In this document: positions 53,543-64,000 of the stretch, one piece after another | Layout of the letters: every line of letters starts with the position of its first letter | How positions within the stretch are numbered: the stretch's first letter is position 1 | NCBI GenBank assembly: GCA_019828565.1 | Contig: JAHDYR010000022.1 | Span: 154,885-218,884 of the forward strand | Length of the DNA: 64,000 bases | Source: Carpediemonas membranifera BICM | Lineage: Eukaryota; Protista; Fornicata | Reading direction: 5' to 3' | The notes under the pieces: generated by a model | What the model saw: the letters and a program-made list of their open reading frames with translations, nothing else | What the model was told of the DNA's origin: nothing | Databases searched by the model: none | Made by a program: the position numbers and the translations under genes

Positions 53543-54916
53543 TTATGAGCGGGTGACATCCTCCGGACGAGTAGCACGCTTCTCGGGCTCTGCGGCAGCT
53601 GCCTTGCGCTTGCGGTCCGGAAGACTGTAGACACAGGCATGACGATTCTCGATGACAATGAACTGAGTGAGCTTCATGCTCTCACAAAGACCTAAGATCT
53701 TGTCCAGCGTCGCATCCTGGATGGGCAAGAACTCTGAATCTTCCCAACCTTTGTGGACCCAGAGGCAGGTAAGGTCCTCGTCGATCTGGGTGATGATTAC
53801 CGGAGTGTGACTCAGCTCTACACTGGCCTGGATGGCCTCATGGTCTGCCCAGGGGAAAGGGGAGCCAGGCATCTCAGAGAACGGGTCGCCCTCGAACCCC
53901 TTGCCCTCACAGAAGGATCGGATGTCCTCGTACAGCTGAAGCTTCTCACCAACAGTAGGCTGGGACCCAGTCCTGATGAGATGCATGGCGCTGAGAATGC
54001 ATGAGCCATCCCCAGGCACCTCAGACCGCTTCAGAGAGCTTGTATCGTTCTTAAACTTCTTAGCGGTCTTCTCCATGATGGTCTGGACGTCATCTTTGGG
54101 GTCTGCGGCCACCAAAGCCTCCCGATCCAGGTCTATGACCTCAGCCTCCTTCTTCAAGGGCACAAGCTTCTCCGTCTCGAGCTTTTCAATCTTGGCCCGG
54201 GCTCGCCAAAGCTCCCTCTTCAAATCACGGATCGCACCGTTGTGTTCCACGGCAAGATGGCGGCGCAGGAGGCGCGATGTGCCACTCAGGGTACTTCTGT
54301 GGACGGGAGAGTCCATCAGAAGCGCGTCCAGGTGCCTTATCCGGTCGAACTGCACGTCGACCGGGTCCGACAGCTCAGGCTCGGCGTTGTTCTTGAACGA
54401 ACGGACGACCCCCGACCTTCCTGGCTTCACCTTGCGCATTATGCGCTCACGGAGCAGCGAAAGGACTGAATAAGCAGGAGTTATTTGGAGTACTTACCTC
54501 CAACGTCGTGCTCGTGATCCGAAGACACTTCTCGGCGGACCTTCTGGACAAGGCTGTCGTAGGCATGATCTCCCATGACCTTCTTCAGCTCAGCCGATGT
54601 CGTGATCAGCTCAAGCTGAGCCTCGGCAGTTTCTCTTAGGTGCAGGATAAGGTGAGGCGACCTGAAGAGCTTGCGAAGCGTTTTCCAGCCAATATCTGTG
54701 TAAAAAGGTATGGGGAAAGTACTTACGATCACGAAGAAGGGCGGTGAGGATCTTGTCATCGGGCAGAAGGAACTTACGAAGAAGTGAGCACTTGATCATC
54801 TCCTGCGCGTTTGATGAGGCCTGACTGATCTCAGCGCTGTCATAGAAGATAAAGAACTGCTTACCAAACGTTTTCGAACGCTTCAAGAGCATGTAGAAGT
54901 CGAAAACCGATTGCAT
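53543..54916 (-). CDS. OTU-like cysteine protease/deubiquitinase, 3 exons (54916-54727, 54695-54498, 54465-53543), 436 aa
   Basis: VPGDGSCILSA, WAD and terminal NRHA. Two GTAAGT...CAG introns (31 and 32 nt) join three ORF-track frames exactly. Confidence 0.8.
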
Positions 54917-54948
54917 GATTATAAGGCTCTCAGGACCTAATGAAAAAA

Positions 54949-55016
54949 TTCATAAGGCTCTGAGAGCCTTATACACGATTTCGAATTGGTGTATAAGGCT
55001 CTGAGAGCCTTATGAA
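54949..55016. repeat. 68-bp nested inverted repeat
   Basis: 28-bp arms, each containing the palindrome ATAAGGCTCT-G-AGAGCCTTAT, with a 12-nt spacer. Confidence 0.9.
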
Positions 55017-55542
55017 CTCAGAGGAGGTCCTCGGGGCACTTCGGTGCAGAATTTTGATTGGGCATCTGATTGGACCATGGGGCGGATGCTCAGAGGGATG
55101 AATGCGAGCTCAATGGAGACCATTGGACATGTCATAGATGGCATGTCCAGGTGAAGGTCCATCATGGAAGGAGCCATTCACGATAAGTCTTCTAAATGTT
55201 GTGTTGCGAGCGTCTGAAGGGCTTTCTCTGGATACCGACCAAGATGGAGGTCACGTGGATCAACGGACGATAATTGCGGTATTCTGGCCTTGTATGCCAC
55301 TCTTAAATCCATTGTTTGATCCATTCCCGCGTTTATAGTTCATCTCAACGCTTCCTCGACGAGTTACAATTGTTGATGTTGTTTAGGTTCTATTACAGGC
55401 CATTCGAGGCCACAGAGCTCTCATGATGTTGTTTTAGTGATATACACATGCTTGCCAGCGTTTGAGGATCGATACTCTTCTCCTTTCTTCGTTTGGTTTT
55501 CTAATTTCGTTGCGAGCATAAAGTGCACCTTGAAGAAACGTT

Positions 55543-58500
55543 ATGCCTCCGAAACGGAGTAATTCTGCTAAGAGCAAGGGCAGAAAGCGTCTAAACGCTG
55601 TGGAGATGATTTCTACTTACTTAGAGAAGGAGCACGCTGCTGGAAGCATCTCCGCTGCCGATGTCGCCACCGGAAACCGCATTTGCAATGAGGTGGTTGA
55701 CAGACGCCCCAATGACCTCCCCACATTCGTTCCGGTGTCACCGGTCTATAAACTGCTCCGTCCAGTTTTGACCACTTTTACCCCGCTGCGGTTTACTGTA
55801 AATGATTTCAACCGACAATACTAGTATTAGCTGTGCTGATGTCGTTAACTGTTCAAATTCCTGAGCTTTCTCCTTCAAATCTAACACTAGAGACTCTTGA
55901 GGAGTTTGAGCGCCGAGCAACGATTTTTACTATACAAAACCCAAGCATCCCACTGTCCGTCCTCATTGAGGAGTCATTTGCCCTCGAACTCAAGGCCGAA
56001 GGCATAGACACATCCGACAAGAACTACACTCTCAAGAACTTCACCGAATGGTGTCGCCAGCGGCTCCTTCCCCACTCCATCCTAGCACTCGTCGAAGAGC
56101 TCCAAGACCTTCGTTTCCCCATGGTGCCGAGCACCGCACGCAACTTCGAAGCTGGCACGAGACTACAAGCGGCAGCATTCCGCAAGCGCATCGAGCTCTA
56201 CTCCAAGACGCCAGACCCAGAAGGGTTCTTGGACCCCATCGACGACAACCCCAATGCCGACGAACTGCTCGCAAGCTTTGATAAGCTGGCTGCACGGCTC
56301 TTCAGGGAGTCCCTGAACCCGACAGCATTCCGCAAGAAGGCACAGACCTTGCTTGCTCTCCACAACGTCAAGACCTTCGAGGACACCGTAGCGGTGGCTC
56401 TTAGGGCTGCTAGGGCGTATGACCATGATCAACCCCTCTCGCAAACCCCGGCCGGCGGACCCAAGGCCCCGGCCCAGGCCAGGAAGGCCCAGTACCGCCC
56501 GGACGCGGCTAAGCGCCCGCCGGCCGACGGACCCAAGAAGCCGTCGCGCCCCTGTCGTTTCTGTGGCGGTCCCCACATGGACTTCAGATGCGATAAGCAC
56601 CCCCGCTACAGCGAGAACAACAACGCCGACAGCGCGTCGACTAACGAGAAGGGCGGGAAGGGTCCACTGACGACCCCCGCTACTGTAAAAGGCAAAACTT
56701 ACTCGTTCGTTGTAGACACTGGTGCAAGCCGAAGCTTCATTAGTTCGAAGGCACTACGTACCCTACCCAAGGACACAGTGCAGACCTCTCTCGAGGAAAA
56801 GATCAAGGTCACGCTAGGAGACGGACGCTCCCTCGTGACAGATCAAGCAGTCACATTTAAGGCAGCATTCCCAGCACTAGGTGTCACACCGTTGGAGGTT
56901 ACATGGAAGTACTACGTACTCCCCGGTGAGTTCTTCAAGGCTCTCATCGGGTGTGACTTGCTGAGGTCACTCGCACTCATTGGCGATGGCACACTCAACC
57001 TTAACCTGCACAAGCTCTCCTCAATTGAGGGAGGACGAGGACTGGCTGCCGTTCTACCATGAATATCTCACGGAGGACGCAAACATGGCGATAACCGACG
57101 ACTACTGTGGTGTCCACGTCCCGGAGTCGAAGATCCGACCCGAGATTCTCGAGATAATCAACTCATTTGACGATATCTTCGAGGAAGAACTACCCAAGGA
57201 AGGGTCTCGACTGGAACCCATGTCGATTGAACTGATAGACGAGCGGGCAATTGTACAATGCCGCGCTCGCAGACTCGACCCAGTGACCCAAGGCCTGGTG
57301 TCGACAGAGCTAGAACAACTCAGGCGAGACGGGATAATCCAGGACTCGACTGGGCCGTACAGCTCGCCGATCGTAGTAGTCAGGCAGGGCCACAAAGGAT
57401 CGACCAAGATCCGTCTTTGCATTGACTACAAGGAGTTAAACTCCAAGACAGTGAGGGATAACTTCCCCTGCCTAACACGCGCGAGTTTGTAGACCGAGCA
57501 TCAGGCTGCAAATACTTTGCAGGCCTAGACCTCAGACAAGGCTACTACCAGATGCGGATGCACGAGGAAGATATCCCCAAAACCGCTTTTGTCACTCCAG
57601 ACGCATACTGCGAGTTCACCAGATGTCCATTCGGCCTGATGAACGCCCCGGCGAGATTCCAACGCGCCATGCAGAAGGCGTTCGCCGAGGTCCTCCACAA
57701 AGGGGTGGACATCTATCTTGACGACATCTTGATTTACGCCAAGACCGAGGCCCAGTTTCTCACCCTGATCAAAACCGTCTTCAGGATCTGTAGACATTAT
57801 TCACTGCGCCTTAAAGGCCCGAAGTGCACGATAGGCTCAGCCCACGTCGAGGCCGTCGGGTATATTGTCTCGGAGAAGGGGAAACAACTTGCCCCAGAGA
57901 AGGTAGAGGCGGTAAACGCCATACCGCTCCCGTCCACCGCAAAGGAGCTTCAGAGGACACTGGGATCATTCAACTATGTCGTCCAGTTCGTCCCGGACTC
58001 ATCACGAATCCTCAAACCTCTCAACGAGATGCTAACGGCACAGGAGAACTCAAAGAACATAACTTGGAACCCCAAACAAGAAGAGGCGTTTACAACGTTC
58101 AAGGAGAGACTCAGCTCAGACACAGTCCTCCATTTCCCCGACTTCTCAAAGAAGTGGACCCTCGAGACGGACGCGTCGAACGACGGACTAGGGGGCATTC
58201 TGTTCCAAGAAGACGACTCCGGCAACCGAGAGATCGTCTCGCTCTTCGCAAAGTGTCATACGCCAACCCAGACTAGGTGGCCGACCTACGAACAAGAGCT
58301 TCATGCTATCATCTTTTTGTCTCACGAGACCTGACATGGCTCAACTTTTCCGCCTCAAGGACAACATACAGATCCGCACCGACCACCAGAATCTGGTATA
58401 TCTCATGCAGAGGAAGGAGCTTTCCAAGAAACTCCTCAGGTGGACGTCTGTCTTGTCGGACTACAACATTACGATCGAGCATATTGCTGGAGAGACAAAC

Positions 58501-60591
58501 AAGATGGCAGACATGCTGTCGCGTATCCTTCCCCGAGGGGACCTCGGGCCGCAGCTGAACCTGCTAGAGGCGGAGGACGCCGGCCCAGGGCTGACCCTTG
58601 AGTTGATCCAGGCTGCCCAGGCCATGGCACCTGAGTCAACTCGAGTCGGCTGGGAGAAACTAGAGGGAGTATCCATCGAAAACTCGATCTACTTCAAGGA
58701 CGGAGTGCCGATTATCCCCAAGGGAGAGACACGCGACAAGGCCCTTCGGACCGCTCACCAATTTCATACGGGAGCAAATTCAACGTTCCAAGCACTCGCC
58801 ACGTCTGCATTTTGGCCGGGGATGCTCTTGGACGTCAAAAAGCACATCAAGACGTGCCCCCATTTGTCTGAAGACTCGCATCAAGGACTACTTTATCGCC
58901 CAAAAGGGCCAGACAAGACGCACCAGACCATGGGAGACAGTGGCAGTCGACACAATTGGCCCTCTCCCAACGGATTCGCTGGGCGCTCGCTACATCATTG
59001 TGGCTGTAGACATGTTTACAAGATACACCGAGCTCGTCGCAGTCGCATCGATCGACGCCGAGACCTCCGCCAGGGCCCTATGGGACCACGTTTTCACGCG
59101 ACACGGGATACCGGCGGAGATTCTGTCCGACGGCGGCCCGGAGTACGCGAACTCGATAGTTGAACAACTCACAACGTCATTGAAAGTCGCACACCACTTC
59201 ACCATCCCGTTTCATCCACAGAGCAATGGTCTCGTGGAGAGAAGGAATGCGGAGATTGGAAGACACCTACGGTGGCTTGTCCTGGCAATAGCCTACAAAG
59301 ACCAGTGGTGCGGACTCCTACCGACGGTCCAGATGATTATCAACGGCACGACACATACGGCCACGAAGTTCTCCCCGCACGAGCTGATATTTGGCCATGA
59401 GCACAACATGTTTACAAGCTGGTGGACGAACGACAACAACTCTCCGATCAGAGATTTCCCAGAGTTCAAAAAGGACCTGGAGCTGGCCCTTAACGCCCTG
59501 GAGACCACTGCCAGAGAGAGTGTGGGCCCGGGCCAAAAGACAATAGTCAACACCGAACTGAAGCCGGGTGACTACGTCCTCTGGAAAGATGAGGCCCCTC
59601 AGAAGCTAGACGCGCGCAACAGGGGCCCATGGAAGGTACACGATGTACTTGATAATAACAGAATAGTCCTGCAGTCGATACTCGACGGATCGACCAGATC
59701 AACCCACATTGAAAAACTCATGATGTTCGACACGGATGCCGTAACGGACACGATGATGCTTCAACTTGCAAGCTTCGACCAGAAAAAATGGGAGGTAGAG
59801 CGAGTAGTATCGGTAGACTGGAAAGAAGGGACAGCCGCCATCAAGTGGGTAGGATTCGAAAACATAACGGAAGAACCACTCTCGGGAGTGAAACACCTCG
59901 AGGAGATGAAGAGGTTGGCCCGTAAGGCAAGGAAGAACCTGAAACTCTACTAACCATCTTTTTCCCCCGTTCCTTGCAGGTTGGGGGTTTTCTCATCAAA
60001 AAGGGAGGTAGTGTCACCGGTCTATAAACTGCTCCGTCCAGTTTTGACCACTTTTACCCCGCTGCGGTTTACTGTAAATGATTTCAACCGACACCGGAGG
60101 ATCTTAGGGATGAAGCGGAGTTCCGTACTCTCGACAGCATCGAGAAGATCATGGCGCAGTTCAAGGGCGAGTCTTCTGAGGCCAAGGAGAAGCGCTTCAG
60201 GGCCCTCATCAGCCTGGACGCCGAAGGAGATGAGGTCGACCATGGCAGCCCTCTCTTGGCAACTGTCCGTGAGTACCGCGAGCTGTTCCACGGCATCCCT
60301 CAGTCGGTCCGCCCCCGCGCTTACGCCTTCGTCGCCCAGAGGCTTGGTATCTCTGTCGACAAGGTCAGAGAGGTCCTTCTGGAGAGTGTGTGCCGCAAGG
60401 ACTCTAAGCTCATCTTCGAGCGTCCGCAGCTTGTCCTCAAGAAGCACTCGAAGACCTTCAAGGACCTCGCCGCTGTGATTGAGAAGAGGAACGCTGCCCG
60501 TGCCGCTGCAGAGGCTCGTGATGTTCTGCGTATACCCGTTTACGCGAGCCTCCTGCTCTTCCACGCAGCTAACGTCAACTCAAATGAGTAA
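55543..60591 (+). pseudogene. Hypothetical gene of about 228 aa (55543-55735 + 60098-60591) disrupted by gypsy A2
   Basis: Removing the element and one TSD gives an in-frame ...LPTFVP|EDLRDEAEF...MAQFKG. Confidence 0.8.
55736..60093 (+). mobile_element. Ty3/gypsy chromovirus-like element A, copy 2 (4358 bp)
   Basis: Near-identical inverted copy of 31934-36289; LTRs 55736-55817 and 60012-60093; CCGG TSD. Confidence 0.97.
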
Positions 60592-60611
60592 TAAATCGAC
60601 TGCTTCTTCAT

Positions 60612-61566
60612 TTAATCTTCATTCTCTTCCTCATCTTCCTTCTCAGACAGCAGATGGTACCACTCTTCCTCGAAATAGTTCTCTTTCTGGTAATCCTTAC
60701 GCATCTTTGATCTCTTATCCACGATCTTTTGGACCAAATCCCTTCGGTTGCTGTCGTAAAGGGCGATGATTATCTCACGTTGCTTCTTGCGCGTCGGGTG
60801 CGGGGTAACACTCTTCCTCAGACGCTTAATGTAGCGGTTGAGCTTGTCCGAGGGCTTGGTGGGCAGGGTGGGTTGGGTGGCTTGGGTTCTCTTTGGGGAG
60901 GCTGGACCTGGTCCACAGAAGTGAAAGCCGTACCGTAGTCGACGGACGGGGAGCCCTCCAGGACTTCATGGCATATCCATGGCAAGCAACGAGACTCTCA
61001 CCGAGCTTCGTCCACTTGTTCGGGCCGTATGTTGCCTCCATGGTCACCAGTTTCGCATCATCCAGGTACTCCATCGTGGACTTTTGCTTGGAGATGGACA
61101 TCCCCATACGCTGGTAGGCTGGCACAAGAGAACTTACACACTGCAGGCGGATCCTCTGTCCGGCAGAGGCAACCGAAAGAAGAATCGTGGCGAGACCATT
61201 GCCCCTGGCATAGAATGCCGTGCGAATAACCACAACATATAAGTCCTGGCGCAGCTCGGAAGGGGTTTCATCAGTAGCTTCGGTGTTGTATGACTCCTTC
61301 GTGAGCAACAAGGCCGAAATGATGGAATCAGTCTTGCAGTCACGAATCGCAACCAATCTGGGTAAATACCTGGGCAACACTGGGTGAACAAACATGAAGA
61401 AGCGATGATCGATGTCATCAACTCCTCTCGTGGCAACGTCCTGCTTAAAAAACGTACGGACACTGGGGATGATGTCTGACTTATCAGAAAGTCTTATGTA
61501 CTGTATATAAGCCTTATGGGCTGCAAGAGTATCCTCTGTCCAAGATTCTTTCCCCGTTTGGTTCAT
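60612..61566 (-). CDS. GNAT-family acetyltransferase-like protein (probable frameshift near 60950)
   Basis: LYVVVIRT...ARGNGLATILL (motif A) and LQCVSSLVPAYQRMGM (motif B). A shifted frame continues to an acidic tail ending at 60612. Confidence 0.72.
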
Positions 61567-61692
61567 TTTCACAAACTTTTGTGAAACCTGCGAAATGTGA
61601 AATGTGCCATTCATGAAAAAAAGTGGCACATATGAAAAATGAATGAATTTATCACGGAACCATCTTACATCACTTTATATCACGCGGATGCC

Positions 61693-64000
61693 TCAATTCT
61701 GTCTGCTACACTCTCCACACAGGCAGCAAACTAACTCTATGCCATGGTCCGCCAGACTGCATGACATCGTGCCCTCCTCACCCCACGTCAGCGTCGTATG
61801 CTCTTCTACAAACTCCCACACTTCATCAACAGTCTCCTGAAAGGTCTGGATCATCTCACGAGTTGGCTCGAAGGTCACGGTGGTCAGTGTGCGGACACCA
61901 AACCAATGCTTCGCATCCTTACAGCAGTCGTGAACTCGCACACACTTGAGTCGCTGGAGCTGGGGGACAGAGTAGTCCTGCCGACCAAAAAGAACGCATG
62001 CCCGTCAGGAAGGAACACGCGAGAGTTGTCTGCTCGATCAAGCAAATGCCCTCAAGGACTGCCTTCCTGTGCAACTTGGCTGCTACCTCCTGGTTCTTGA
62101 TGAACTCTCGCTCAAAGTACTCCTCTAGGATATAGAACAGCGGCACCTTGAGATGCTTGTGGCACAGGGGCTGCGTCGTGAGTCTGCTGATGCTGTAGAG
62201 GTTCTCAGCGCACGGTTTTCTCCTTCGTCTTCGCTTCGCTGCTTGATAGCAGGGATATGGAAGTCTTATCCTTGTTAGGAATGAACGCAATCGTGACGTG
62301 AATGAGGTGGGCCACTGCGGCAGCCATGAAGTGAAACGCGACAGCCGCGTCAGTCACAGGTTCGGACGAGTAGTACATGGCCTGGAGGTAGCCAATGAGC
62401 CGAATGATATCTTGAATGCACTCAGGGAGAGCAACGTAGTCCTCTTGGTCGTGGCAGCCATCCTTACACGTGCGGACGACTGCTCGTTACAACCTACGGT
62501 CCTATCGATGCTTCGCATGGACGACATACGGCCAAGCTTGAGGTTGAGGAGCTTATTCTGGATGATCTCCTCGCGGGACCCGCGGGTGGTGGGATGCTTC
62601 TTGAAAGAACCACAGATATGGGCAACCTGCTCGAGTAAACGGTGCGAGTCGTGCATGAATGGAGGGCATATGACGATCTTCTCAAGAGGGATGACACTAC
62701 AATTCTCGAATACCATGCGTTCATTGGTGAAATCGCCATAGATTGCAAGTACATCTTGAACTCGGTTCGGGTCGTCGACTTCAGCCTGGTATGCTGTCTT
62801 ATCGTCCAGGTTGTCCTTGATGGTGAGACGATGGCGGCCTGCTATCGGGTGGAGCGCCTTACTTTTGTGGTAAATCGTGTTGCAAGGGTGTGGATAGTTG
62901 GGCCGGCCCGACTTTCTGGACAGCATGTGGCGGAGGGCGGCATGATCGCCCATGACGATGACATGGTCGAAGATCGTGACCTCACCAGTGTCTCTGATGG
63001 GTATCTGACTCGTGTATAGGCGCTCAATCTCCTTCTCGACGCGAGAAAGAGACTCTTCCATCAACAAATCACCCTCGCTACCCATATACTCGACTATACG
63101 GAAAGGTGGAGTAATCTTGTTGGGGAATGTGAAGCCTGTGGGGTCGTAGATGCGGAGCTTGAAGGCAGCAGAACCCCCTTTCCACCCGTCAAGCCATAGT
63201 AGGATCTTCATGGGGCTAAACGTGACTCCAACCCTGTTGCCAAGGGCATTCTTGCATCGAACGTAGTTGGGCTGGTCCGACTCGAGCCATTCCGGGTGGC
63301 GAACAGCTTGCTTGAGGTAACGAACGGCATCAAACCAGACTCGATCAACCTTGTCCCATGTGGAGCTGTTGAGCCGCTTGCCGAGGGTGACTCCCTGGGT
63401 CTGCTTGAGCTCAGGGCGATGACTTGTGGCCTCATCGCTCGTCTCGTAGTGAAGATCAAGCATTGGCTTCTCCCACTTGAAGTCAATGACGTTCTCCCGC
63501 GTCCGTCAGGGGCTGGATATCGACACCCTCGTCCACCGTTAGGCGATTGGTGCACTCGAGTCTCGACTTTGTGCCATTTCTGCCCCACCGCCAGGTCGTG
63601 TTGACTGTGACAGACTCCACAGGGACGAGATGACCCAAGAAAGCAACCTCTGGTCTAGTCAGCGCTGCAACCAGGCCGTTGATCTTGGTGATATTGACCT
63701 GCAACTGCTTCACGAAGATATCAGCAGCCTTGCTGGAGATGATTGGCATATGAAGTCGCGCAGAAAGACTACGGATGAGCTTAAAGAGCTCATGGGTTGC
63801 GTTACAACCCGACTTGATGTACATCAGGATAGAAACAAGCTCCAAAAATCTGCTTGTAGTTGTCAGTTTCCTCAGTTGAGACCTCGTGCTGTCTCCGCAA
63901 GCGTTCGTGGGTGACAGCAATACGCGCGTGGTCACGTACGAAGACATCGAAGGTCGGGGCGACTCCTCTATGGGAACGTACTGCACGCAAGAAGGGTCGA
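61693..64000 (-). pseudogene. DDE transposase-like gene (CACTA/Mirage/Chapaev-Transib-like motifs), multiple frameshifts
   Basis: LWLDGW (D1), VMGDHAALRHML..G..HPC (D2), PPFMHD and ILEEYFE (E), spread over ORFs 63483-63986, 62354-63463 and 61919-62290. Confidence 0.62.

Larger units (their letters stand above)
49584..64000. mobile_element. Putative large cargo-carrying DDE DNA transposon (over 10 kb excluding gypsy A2), runs off the window end
   Basis: Abruptly interrupts the LINE RT, shares internal repeated motifs and contains a DDE-like transposase. The far terminus is not visible. Confidence 0.6.

Noticed and set aside
55020-55540. Possible gene between the OTU gene and the disrupted ORF
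   Set aside because: Only short broken frames with no recognisable motif.
32074-59953. Many frameshifts in TE and cargo ORFs read as pseudogenisation or programmed recoding
   Set aside because: Most fall in homopolymer runs and differ between the two near-identical A copies (A7 vs A6, T4 vs T5, extra G or C), typical of long-read consensus error. They are not evidence of decay without read data.
31934-60093. The two inverted A copies as giant TIRs of one 28-kb composite element
   Set aside because: Each copy has its own 4-bp TSD and interrupts a different gene that rejoins in frame, so they are independent insertions.
49582-61669. TGTAAG(A)ATGG inverted matches as the termini of a 12-kb element
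   Set aside because: There is no TSD, the LINE RT does not resume after 61669, and the transposase lies outside.

Overview
Eukaryotic DNA, gene-dense and intron-poor, with tiny GT-AG introns and ciliary genes. It looks like a flagellated protist, possibly a Carpediemonas-like metamonad, but that is inference. Positions 1-3.7 kb hold a truncated Ty3/gypsy pol and a two-ORF Tc1/IS630-type transposon. Positions 3.7-24.6 kb hold ordinary host genes (CDKL kinase, Schlafen-STAND NTPase, PrsW protease, RPL7A, Beclin/Atg6, LDAH, an LRR protein) ending at a tRNA-Gly(GCC). From directly upstream of that tRNA to the window end is a 40-kb nested mobile-element island. It contains two DIRS-type retrotransposons and four Ty3/gypsy insertions from three families, with 57-82 bp LTRs. 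It also contains an APE-RT LINE with a Maelstrom-like DEDDh nuclease ORF, and a large putative DDE DNA transposon carrying chromatin-type cargo (PHD, SET with a histone H3-tail mimic, OTU, GNAT, CHAT-like protease). Most notable: (1) all three gypsy families have a perfect 10-12 bp palindrome, each a different sequence, exactly where the tRNA primer-binding site should be; (2) the chromatin-enzyme cargo transposon with an H3 mimic; (3) the Maelstrom-like nuclease inside a LINE. Many frameshifts fall in homopolymers and are probably assembly errors. All domain calls are by-eye motif recognition; no searches were run.
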